IMG/VR virus record: IMGVR_UViG_3300048113_000768
Location: 1-29,209 of that record
DNA length: 29,209 bases
Reading direction: 5' to 3' (one strand)
Source of the DNA: a virus
Lineage: Duplodnaviria > Caudoviricetes
The notes under the pieces were generated by a model. It saw nothing but the letters and a program-made list of their open reading frames with translations. It did no database searches and was not told the DNA's origin. The position numbers were made by a program, and so were the translations under genes. This document shows, one piece after another, positions 1 to 7,820 of this stretch; position 1 is the stretch's first letter, and each line of letters starts with the position of its first letter.

Positions 1-99
1 ATCTCCGCTCCCGTCGTCTGGTTTTATACATAGTGCCTCGCCGTTATTGAAGGCGGTCGGGGTTAACACTAAACTACTTCTATCGAGTAAATTTGACAT
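1..99 (-). CDS. 5' part of a probable virion structural/tail-fibre-like protein (runs off the window)
   Basis: ATG at 99 opens MSNLLDRSSLVLTPTAFNNGEALCIKPDDGSGD..., immediately after the stop of the 46-aa ORF; sits at the end of the structural operon; product is an inference. Confidence 0.6.
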   Translation of the reverse strand, partial: MSNLLDRSSLVLTPTAFNNGEALCIKPDDGSGD

Positions 100-100
100 A

Positions 101-241
101 TTATTGTATTTTTTCTATTTTATCTAAAATTGCTATGGTACAGGTTTGGTTTTCGTAGTATGTTGCTCTCGCTTGTAAAGTTGCGAGTAAATTCGGTATA
201 CCACTACCGAATAACAACATCATAACTCTGCGCCTACTCAT
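101..241 (-). CDS. Small hypothetical protein, 46 aa (not in ORF track)
   Basis: Manual translation MSRRRVMMLLFGSGIPNLLATLQARATYYENQTCTIAILDKIEKIQ*; ATG overlaps the TAA of 241..489 and fills the gap exactly. Confidence 0.65.
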   Translation of the reverse strand: MSRRRVMMLLFGSGIPNLLATLQARATYYENQTCTIAILDKIEKIQ

Positions 242-489
242 TATAGTACGCTATCAAAGTAAGGATCCAAAGCAAGCTTTAATGCTGCAAAACTTGCATA
301 AGCTGTTCCGGCCTCGTCTTGTAAATCTGAATATAAAGTTTTATCTAAGATAGGCACATTTGATACCGTTCTTATTACTATATAATCACCCCATTTTTGT
401 CTTTGAACCTCTGAATACGCTGGGTATCGGTATTCAATACCATTTTCAAGCACTAGTTCTTTTGTTACTGCATCTACGTAAATTTTCAT
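241..489 (-). CDS. Hypothetical protein, 82 aa (probable virion protein)
   Basis: ORF track; co-oriented and tightly packed in the structural operon. Confidence 0.7.
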   Translation of the reverse strand: MKIYVDAVTKELVLENGIEYRYPAYSEVQRQKWGDYIVIRTVSNVPILDKTLYSDLQDEAGTAYASFAALKLALDPYFDSVL

Positions 490-512
490 TTTATTTTTAT
501 TTTAGTATTTAT

Positions 513-1817
513 TTATGTTGTTACCGTTATGGTCCATCCTTTAGTCTCTAGGCTTGCCTTTGCTGCTAATCCTACAGAGCTAGGAGCTTGCCCTCCTGTT
601 TGGTCAAAAGTTCCGTTAATCTGTCCTGCGACGTCTAGGCTTTCGAGTATGTTATCTATTGACTGCGTATTTAATCCTGTATTTCTAAAAGCCTGCGTAA
701 AATTCGTCGCTGTGCAATTATCAAAAGCGTTAGACGGGAAAGTCTTTAGTAAAAGACAACCTTGCCACGTTTCAATAAAAGACGTACCGCTACTAAAATC
801 TAACAAAGGAAATTCTGTTAATACTGCGCAATTTTCCCAAGCATTGTTAAACTCCTCACCTTTGCTAGTATTTATAAACGGGAAACTTGTTAAAGATTCG
901 CAACCTTTAAAAGCGCTATCGAAACTAACAACTTTTCCAAAGTTTCCTGCATCTGTAGCGGTTATAGTTAAATTTTCATTATCTAAAAAAGCCTGTGTTT
1001 GATTCGTAGAGCCTAGCCCGTATATACCAAAATTAGATACATCTATTATTTTTTCATTATCTACTCCTAGAGTAAAATCAAAGGCAGGAAATATTCCAGA
1101 AATACTAACTTTGTGTATGCCAGAGCCGGTAGGAAAAGTTATTAAATGATCTCCCGTTAAATCTGTAGCGCTATACCCTTCGTCTGTTGTTACATCATAT
1201 AAAAAATTCCCTGATCCCGTTGTGATATTAAAAAAGTTTGATGTCGCTATAATATCGGTATTTACATAAAACTCAAAATAGTTAATAGCATCGTTATTAA
1301 AAATGGTAAAATCTGTGTTAAAGTTATTCAAAAAATATGCTTGATTATCCTCTCTAGCCTTTAGCGTTACTGTAGAGCCGTTCATTGCATTTTTACTCCC
1401 TCTTGTACCTGCGTTTATTGCAACTTCGCCGCCGTTCCATAAACCTATAATTCTATAGTTACCGTTGCGATCTAATATAATAGCGCAATAGTCTTTATAC
1501 ATCAATTTAAACGCGTTTAACGCCTCAAAACTTGCTGGCAATGTAAAAGATAGATCCTGCGACCACTCAACGCCTCCGCCTGTTATTTTAGCGTTTTCCG
1601 TATAACTAATATTTACGGCCTCATACTCATAAATAGTAGTATTTGGAAAACTCGTAATGTTTTGAGCATCCGGATTGTTAACCCTAGAGCTGCCTCCAAA
1701 GGTAACATCGGAAACGCCGTACTTTACATAGGGAAATAGATACACCTTATCTATACCGCCCTGTTGAGTTTTGCAGACCTGTTTAAAACCTTTATCTATA
1801 TCACAAATACTACTCAT
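513..1817 (-). CDS. Tail-tube-like paralogue fused to BspA/DUF285-like leucine-rich surface repeats
   Basis: aa ~1-165 align by eye with 6282..6794 (CDIDKGFKQVCK..GG / CDVTQGRSKVCK..GG; DRNG; MNG). C-terminus has ~22-aa repeats (F..AFKGCESLTSFPFINTSKG / FNNAWENCAVLTEFPLLDFSSG / FIETWQGCLLLKTFP). Confidence 0.7.
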   Translation of the reverse strand: MSSICDIDKGFKQVCKTQQGGIDKVYLFPYVKYGVSDVTFGGSSRVNNPDAQNITSFPNTTIYEYEAVNISYTENAKITGGGVEWSQDLSFTLPASFEALNAFKLMYKDYCAIILDRNGNYRIIGLWNGGEVAINAGTRGSKNAMNGSTVTLKAREDNQAYFLNNFNTDFTIFNNDAINYFEFYVNTDIIATSNFFNITTGSGNFLYDVTTDEGYSATDLTGDHLITFPTGSGIHKVSISGIFPAFDFTLGVDNEKIIDVSNFGIYGLGSTNQTQAFLDNENLTITATDAGNFGKVVSFDSAFKGCESLTSFPFINTSKGEEFNNAWENCAVLTEFPLLDFSSGTSFIETWQGCLLLKTFPSNAFDNCTATNFTQAFRNTGLNTQSIDNILESLDVAGQINGTFDQTGGQAPSSVGLAAKASLETKGWTITVTT

Positions 1818-2358
1818 TTTCTGTTGGGTTATATTCGTAAATTTTTGGCAGCTCTCTACCGAACCACCATCCGCCTTTTAAATTAATACTTTTACTCGCG
1901 TTAACTTCGTCTTGTGAAGTTTTATATTCTGGGATCGGGTTTTTACAGATCCACTTTTCAAATCTTAAAACATACATATCCGCAATACTTGAATATTTTT
2001 GAGATAACATCATTATCTCATCTTTGCTCATCGTCTCTGCATTGTCTGGGCTATGCTTAAAGGCACCACCATTTGAGATCATAAAAGAGCTAATTTCTAT
2101 ATATTCTGCCAGCGCTTGATTTTTTGTAATTGGCTTTACAAATTCATTGTATAACGTCAAATACTTACCGGTTAAACCTACTGGATCTGCTGCCGCTTCT
2201 GCCTTTATTTTATCGTAAAGTATAGTTCCTAATAGCGGTTCTATTGTTATAATTTGCGTATTTGCAATAGAAAACAGGAATTTATCCGGATCAACATTTC
2301 CGCCTAAAATAGTAGTGCTTTTTAGCTCTTGTGGTGTTATAAATAAAAATTCTGCCAT
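1810..2358 (-). CDS. Putative head-tail adaptor / head completion protein
   Basis: 182 aa directly downstream of portal; N-terminal LFITPQELK motif and helical character typical of connector proteins (inference from position and motif). Confidence 0.55.
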   Translation of the reverse strand: MAEFLFITPQELKSTTILGGNVDPDKFLFSIANTQIITIEPLLGTILYDKIKAEAAADPVGLTGKYLTLYNEFVKPITKNQALAEYIEISSFMISNGGAFKHSPDNAETMSKDEIMMLSQKYSSIADMYVLRFEKWICKNPIPEYKTSQDEVNASKSINLKGGWWFGRELPKIYEYNPTENE

Positions 2359-2359
2359 G

Positions 2360-5300
2360 CTATTTCTTGTCTATTTGTTTTAATTTTCTTATGGCCCACT
2401 CAACGCCAGAAGTTCCGCCCCAAGCATCGAACATAATACCGCCGCAGCCGTCACTATATTTTACGTCTTTGTGCTGCTGGTGCCTCTTAAAGCTAGCCAT
2501 CCTTGCTATTGTATCTCTTGTTAATTTTTCCCTTCTCGCTAATTGCCCAGCTCTGGTCCATCCAACTTGTGTACCGCAATCGGATCCATTCTCTTCTTTA
2601 TACTTCAAAGCTCTTTTTGCGTTATTTGTAGCGCTTTGCGGATAGTCATTATAAGTCTCCTGTGATAGATTTATATTGTTTTCCTCTCTGCACCACGATT
2701 TATTTTTTACAGATTTGATCTGGTTTGGCTTAAACGCTATAATGTGCTTTGTATCTTCATTTACTCCATCCATATTAAAACGTGATACCGTATTGTCAAC
2801 TATACCATCAAAGCCCATCAATTCAAATGTATTTCTTAGTATCTCATTTGAAGCTAAATTACCATACTCATCGGTAGCATAAGCCAGAGCCTCGTTTGCT
2901 TTTATTGCTTTTACAAAATCTGAGGCCATCATCCCATCGTAAATCTCAACACCTTCAAAAACTCGATCTGGTTCAACATCATAAAACCCAGCAGCGGCCA
3001 TCCTGTAATTTTCAAAGAAATCAACTAATAAACCAGATTCACCATCTTCTTCACTGTAATTATAATCTAAAAAAGTATCATTTTCACCGCCAATAGTTAA
3101 AGGGTTATTCATTGAAATAAAAGCCTTTATTATATTGGTTTTACCACCGCTTAATTTTTTTTCTGCTTTTTTACGCGCTTCTTCGTAGCTTACTTCTAAA
3201 TCATTTTCTAATCTTTCGGCTAACCTTTCAATTCTACCTTGCAAATCTGGACCATCGGTATCATCATAATTGGCTGTAACATCATCCAAAGATGAGCTAA
3301 AATAGAAGCCAATACCCATATCATTTTCTATATTTCCTCTCACATTTGAAAACTCTGTAAAATCGTGAGTACTGCCATGATACACCTCCAAAGGTTCACC
3401 TCTTGAATCAACTATTTTACTATTTCCAAACCAATCTTCAAAAGTACAGCCTCCAGATCCCCATTTACCATCAGCGCCTCTCTTTTGGTTTGGATCAAAG
3501 CCGGCCAATCTTTGGTATAATTCCTTAGACTTTGCCGATAACTCAACGCCGCTATCTCTATAATCTGGCGTTAAACTCCAATAGTTGTTTTTAGCCTCTG
3601 CAACCTGTGCAACTCTTTTGTCGTTTTTGTCAAAGCTCGCTTCTTTCCTGTCTTTCGGATCAAGATCTAATATCATTTTTCTGGCCTCATTTACACTTAT
3701 CCTATCGTTACCTTTTTTAAGGTATACTACGCGCTGCCACCAGTGTTTACAGTTAACGCCGCCCTTAAAAAGAAAGATATTGTAACTATCTGTGCCTGAA
3801 GGGCTTAGCTCTTCATTATAGTTATAATTAGCGTTTAGATCCTCTTCACGATATACCTTGTCGGCCTCTATAACTTTGTTACAAAAATCGCGTTCACCTT
3901 TTTTAGATCCTGCGTATTGATATCTAACTTTAAACAAGCTTGTATCTTGTTTTGATTTTTTATTACTGGTCTTTGGCGCTTGAGCCAATTCAATTAAATT
4001 CAAATCACCTTCTGAAAATGTGATCTCATCGCATCTTTCATTTTCTATAATTTCCCAGTCATCGCCAACAACTTCACCTAAAGAGATTAATCTATCAACG
4101 TTTTGAGATGATAAATTTACATTTTTTTCGCCACACAAAACTAAGCTTTTATCTCTATAGTCTATCATTTGATCATAGCCGGTATTTGGATCGCTAAACA
4201 TTTTTTCAGTAATATCTAAATCCTTGTTTGGATCATATACCATTGCCACAACATCTGGCGTACCATGCAAATCTTTAACCCAACCGTCTGGAGCATACGT
4301 TTCATTAAAAGGTGTTCTTGATACAACTCTAAACCCAGCTTTTAAATATATTTTTGTTAGATAGTTATCAAAATTATCTAATTTTCTGCCGCCAGCATCA
4401 ACAGCATCTTTTAATAATTTTCCGCCAACTCCTTTTTCTTTACTGTCTAATTTCTTAAATAATCCTTTTATATCACCTTCACCACTTACAGCAACCGCGC
4501 CATAATTTTTATTTATTATAATGCTTTTTTCTGCATCTGATTTACTTACACTATCAACTGACCAGTATCTACTTGGATCGCTATTTTTAGTTTTGTTTAA
4601 CTCACTTATATAATCACTAACTTGCTTTGCTGTTGTTTTTGCTGCCTTTTTCTTTAAATCGCTTTTATTTAAACAGTTTTTTTTTTCAGTATTTATGTTT
4701 CCAGAACCCCACCTCCCATCTGGTCCGCGTTTCTGGTCAGGATCAAAGCCGGCTAATTTAACCTCTTCTTTTTTATCCTCAACAATTTCTTCAACAATAT
4801 CTTCTATTTCCTCTGTTAATGGCTTGAAATATAAATCTAAATTTATATCAAATTGACTTAATATATCTGTAATACCATCAATGATAAAATCTTGTTTTGG
4901 CTTTATCACTCGCTTCATTGTTTGCTTTTCACTCATATCCATTTCGTCTGCTACAGAGCTAAATCCGCTCGCAGAAGATAGGCCAACAAGTGAAGGGCTT
5001 ATAACCCTGTGCGCCGTCATTAACTGGGTTTTACACTCTGTAGTTAAGAAATCCCATTGCTTATGAATATTGTCATTTACTGGAAAAGGCGTTATATCAA
5101 TTTCTACGTCTCGGCCATTAAACGAAATAATGAAGTTTGAGGCATTGCTTGAACTAGTAAGCTTCTTTTTAACTTGTCTTTCAAACTCGTCTTTTTCCTC
5201 ATCACCCCAGCTTTTACCGTCTGGTATGTTAATTATATAACCAGCAGATAAGCCATTTCTTATAGAAGAGATATTCAAATTTGAAATTTCCTCCTCCATT

Positions 5301-5875
5301 TCAGCATACTGTAAACCGGCTAAATAATCTGGGCTGCTTATGTACTCATCACCAACTCTGTAAGGCCTACCTACGTATATTTCTATAGCTTCTTTTGAAG
5401 TTCCAAAAGCTGGAAATCTTTCCGGCCTGTATTTGTTTGTATTACTCCAATTTTCACAATACCAATAGCTATCAATTTCGCCATCTTCATTTTTTATAGA
5501 AGGCGCAACTAATTGCTTTGGTAAATGTTTTATACTTGATAAACCGCCGCCTTTTGTTCTTATAACTTGTACTGAATATTCATTGAATATTTGAAAATCA
5601 GCAATAACCTTTCTAAGCTCCTGTGGCCTAAGATATTTTTGTAGCAATGCCCAATCATTAACACCCTGTAAACCATCCTTAAAATCAAGCCCTCTGCCGT
5701 ATATCAAGCTTATGTACGTGCTGTTTATAGAAGAGTTTGTAGCAGATCCATTATTTCTATCAATAATGTATTGATAAAAACTATTTTTGTGGCCATTTAA
5801 AACCCAATTTTTGTTTTTATTTTCTACTATTTCCGGCTTAACGTAGCTGGCCAGTGTAATTAATTTTATATCCAT
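2360..5875 (-). CDS. Portal protein with long multi-domain C-terminal extension (GNAT-like, MuF-like, ART-PolyVal-like, unknown domain)
   Basis: aa 1-~355 look like a portal core (Y..PDY..GLQYAEMEEEI..L..S.I.NGLSAGYII; QLMTAHRVISPSLVGL; VIKPKQ..I); the remaining ~800 aa are modular (see findings). Confidence 0.85.
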   Translation of the reverse strand: MDIKLITLASYVKPEIVENKNKNWVLNGHKNSFYQYIIDRNNGSATNSSINSTYISLIYGRGLDFKDGLQGVNDWALLQKYLRPQELRKVIADFQIFNEYSVQVIRTKGGGLSSIKHLPKQLVAPSIKNEDGEIDSYWYCENWSNTNKYRPERFPAFGTSKEAIEIYVGRPYRVGDEYISSPDYLAGLQYAEMEEEISNLNISSIRNGLSAGYIINIPDGKSWGDEEKDEFERQVKKKLTSSSNASNFIISFNGRDVEIDITPFPVNDNIHKQWDFLTTECKTQLMTAHRVISPSLVGLSSASGFSSVADEMDMSEKQTMKRVIKPKQDFIIDGITDILSQFDINLDLYFKPLTEEIEDIVEEIVEDKKEEVKLAGFDPDQKRGPDGRWGSGNINTEKKNCLNKSDLKKKAAKTTAKQVSDYISELNKTKNSDPSRYWSVDSVSKSDAEKSIIINKNYGAVAVSGEGDIKGLFKKLDSKEKGVGGKLLKDAVDAGGRKLDNFDNYLTKIYLKAGFRVVSRTPFNETYAPDGWVKDLHGTPDVVAMVYDPNKDLDITEKMFSDPNTGYDQMIDYRDKSLVLCGEKNVNLSSQNVDRLISLGEVVGDDWEIIENERCDEITFSEGDLNLIELAQAPKTSNKKSKQDTSLFKVRYQYAGSKKGERDFCNKVIEADKVYREEDLNANYNYNEELSPSGTDSYNIFLFKGGVNCKHWWQRVVYLKKGNDRISVNEARKMILDLDPKDRKEASFDKNDKRVAQVAEAKNNYWSLTPDYRDSGVELSAKSKELYQRLAGFDPNQKRGADGKWGSGGCTFEDWFGNSKIVDSRGEPLEVYHGSTHDFTEFSNVRGNIENDMGIGFYFSSSLDDVTANYDDTDGPDLQGRIERLAERLENDLEVSYEEARKKAEKKLSGGKTNIIKAFISMNNPLTIGGENDTFLDYNYSEEDGESGLLVDFFENYRMAAAGFYDVEPDRVFEGVEIYDGMMASDFVKAIKANEALAYATDEYGNLASNEILRNTFELMGFDGIVDNTVSRFNMDGVNEDTKHIIAFKPNQIKSVKNKSWCREENNINLSQETYNDYPQSATNNAKRALKYKEENGSDCGTQVGWTRAGQLARREKLTRDTIARMASFKRHQQHKDVKYSDGCGGIMFDAWGGTSGVEWAIRKLKQIDKK
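3452..3508 (-). repeat. Copy 2 of 19-aa coding repeat LAGFDPNQKRGADGKWGSG (portal aa 790-808)
   Basis: 16/19 aa identical to the copy at 4700..4756; shared 14-nt core GCCGGCTTTGATCC. Confidence 0.95.
4700..4756 (-). repeat. Copy 1 of 19-aa coding repeat LAGFDPDQKRGPDGRWGSG (portal aa 374-392)
   Basis: 16/19 aa identical to the copy at 3452..3508. Confidence 0.95.
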
Positions 5876-5878
5876 TTT

Positions 5879-6193
5879 TTAGCTCCAAAAGTATTTACCA
5901 TCTGTTAACTCAAATTCCTGTGTTACTTGACTGGTTGCGTATAATAGACCTCTATAAAGAATCGTATTGTCTACGTCTAATATTTTTACTTGATAGCTAT
6001 CGCCACTATTAAAATTGTGATCAAAGCTAAAGTTAATTCTGCCTTGATTTACTACAGTATAAGTAACAACAATAGAAGTAACAACCTTTGTAATATCGTC
6101 TTTCAGCTCTAGCGTAAAATTTGTAGTGCTAGGTGATTTTCTTAATACTATTTCTACATTGTGAGTTACGTCTGTTGGGTTTACAACTATCAT
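5879..6193 (-). CDS. Hypothetical beta-rich protein, 104 aa (probable virion protein)
   Basis: ORF track; first gene after a late-promoter-like motif, directly before portal. Confidence 0.75.
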   Translation of the reverse strand: MIVVNPTDVTHNVEIVLRKSPSTTNFTLELKDDITKVVTSIVVTYTVVNQGRINFSFDHNFNSGDSYQVKILDVDNTILYRGLLYATSQVTQEFELTDGKYFWS

Positions 6194-6226
6194 ATATTAA
6201 AAACGAAAAAAGTCATTTATTGTTAT
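6191..6226 (-). promoter_or_regulatory. Putative phage late promoter, copy 1 (ATAACAATAA-N10-TCGTTTTTAATAT-ATG)
   Basis: Same bipartite motif and exact 10-nt spacer at 8940, 16267 and 17805; lies right after a terminator. Confidence 0.75.
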
Positions 6227-6259
6227 AAAAAAACCCTGTCTAATTAAAAACAGGGTTTT
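6227..6259 (-). terminator. Rho-independent terminator after the tail-tube-like gene
   Basis: Minus strand AAAACCCTGT-ttttaattag-ACAGGGTTTT followed by further Ts. Confidence 0.8.
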
Positions 6260-6281
6260 AAGATATATATTTATATAATAT

Positions 6282-6794
6282 TTACGCTACTAAAGCTTTA
6301 AAAGCTGTTGCCGTTGCAGAATCTAATATTGGTGCAAGTGTTGCTGTAGTTGCTACACCAGTTAAGGTATAACCGTTCATATCAGCTTTTGCGCCACCAC
6401 TGCTTGAAACTGCGGTGAAATCCATACCGTCATCAAGTGCCAAAGCGTGAAGCTTCCCGTTTCTATCTTCAACAACTACCTGAGGATATCCAGCCACCAT
6501 AAGATTTAATTCTGCATTGGTTGCAGCATCGATCTTTTTTAGTACTGTTGTTAGGGTTTGTGTATTTACTCTTGATCCAGTTAGTCTTGATCCTTCCATA
6601 GATTGCTCTAAAGTATTACCATCACCTTCTAGCTCGTACTTAAAAACCTCTGTTAATCCAGCATTAACCGCTGTAGCCTCACCAGCTACCACTGTAAATG
6701 CATCTTCTATACTATTATATAAATATAAAGCTGTTTGGCCTCCCAGCCCATCTTTGCAGACTTTAGATCTGCCCTGTGTTACGTCGCACGCCAT
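6282..6794 (-). CDS. Putative major tail (tube)-like structural protein, 170 aa
   Basis: Directly follows MCP; small, beta-rich, Ala/Gly/Thr-rich; MACD...CKD.LGG N-terminus; has an in-window paralogue at 513..1817. Confidence 0.6.
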   Translation of the reverse strand: MACDVTQGRSKVCKDGLGGQTALYLYNSIEDAFTVVAGEATAVNAGLTEVFKYELEGDGNTLEQSMEGSRLTGSRVNTQTLTTVLKKIDAATNAELNLMVAGYPQVVVEDRNGKLHALALDDGMDFTAVSSSGGAKADMNGYTLTGVATTATLAPILDSATATAFKALVA

Positions 6795-6819
6795 TTGTGT
6801 TTATATTTTATAAAACATT

Positions 6820-6849
6820 AGCTATCAGTCAGTTATCCAACTGATAGCT
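6820..6849. other. Perfect 10-bp intergenic hairpin between MCP and tube-like gene
   Basis: AGCTATCAGT (6820-6829) / ACTGATAGCT (6840-6849), 10-nt loop. Confidence 0.6.
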
Positions 6850-6865
6850 TTGTTTTGGTTAATTA

Positions 6866-7795
6866 TTATGCTTGTGTAGTTAACAACCATACGATATCTT
6901 CACTGTTGTAATAACCTACAGCAGCACCGTATACTAGTTTCCCACGTACTTGACCTGTTAAAAGCCCGATAGAATCTTCGTCCACCATTGAAAGCTCGTT
7001 CATATCAGATTGTAAACCTGTAGCAAAAACTACGTTTTTAGGTTCAAAAACAACAATAGTGTTATCTGGTAAGCCGTTTACTTCTGTAATTGTGTAACGC
7101 CCAAATCTCACTTGTTTTGCTTCTGCGTTACCGTCATTTGCAATACCTTTTGAAATAAGGTAGAAAGAGTAAGCCTGAAATACATCTGGTGAAACTGCAA
7201 CTGTTAAGTCTTTACGTCTAATTGCTACTGGTACAGCCGCTAGTGCTGCCTTTAGGTGAGCCTCAACGTTTGCCTCTGTTGTAGCTGCTGCAAGTGCTGT
7301 AATACCGTTTCCAGCTTTTACTACGTTTCCATCTGCTGCGAACTGCTCGATAAGACCAGCAAATTCTCCATCCGTAGCCGCTAATCCGGTCCAGATATCT
7401 GTATCTACTTTTTCAGCTTGTGAAGCCAATAGCTCCATAGAAATTGCTTCCATGATATCTGCTGGCGCGTTTGGATTTGAAGCACTAGCTCCCATAGAAT
7501 CCTCACTCCAAGTTTGTCTGAAATCTTCTTTACAAACCTGTATTGGGTTCATTAATTTTTCGATCTCTAAAACTTTTTCACTCAAAGTCACCGCACCTTC
7601 TGGTACGAATCCACAAGAATAATCTGTAGTTCCATTTGTGTATGCGATTTTGCGTAAATTCATTTTGTAATTTACGTTTTCCGCTACAGTTACTAAATTT
7701 AATCTAAGTGTATCTGCTTCGCGAAAAGCTGCACCGATTATCTCACCAGCCGCTTTTCCGGCGTAGTTACTTGATACTGTTGTTGTTGTTGCCAT
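6866..7795 (-). CDS. Major capsid protein (HK97 fold expected)
   Basis: 309 aa downstream of protease/scaffold; IWTG...DGEF.GL motif typical of MCP spine region; Ala/Thr-rich composition. Confidence 0.8.
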   Translation of the reverse strand: MATTTTVSSNYAGKAAGEIIGAAFREADTLRLNLVTVAENVNYKMNLRKIAYTNGTTDYSCGFVPEGAVTLSEKVLEIEKLMNPIQVCKEDFRQTWSEDSMGASASNPNAPADIMEAISMELLASQAEKVDTDIWTGLAATDGEFAGLIEQFAADGNVVKAGNGITALAAATTEANVEAHLKAALAAVPVAIRRKDLTVAVSPDVFQAYSFYLISKGIANDGNAEAKQVRFGRYTITEVNGLPDNTIVVFEPKNVVFATGLQSDMNELSMVDEDSIGLLTGQVRGKLVYGAAVGYYNSEDIVWLLTTQA

Positions 7796-7820
7796 TTTTT
7801 TATTTAATTTAACTTATTTA

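Noticed and set aside
513-1300. DGR target in the adhesin-like C-terminus
   Set aside because: No reverse transcriptase and no template/variable repeat pair seen in the window; cannot exclude one elsewhere in the genome.
2663-4756. Portal insertions as inteins or introns
   Set aside because: No intein block A/B/G pattern (no His-Asn followed by Cys/Ser/Thr at the ends), no LAGLIDADG/HNH motifs, and the frame is continuous.
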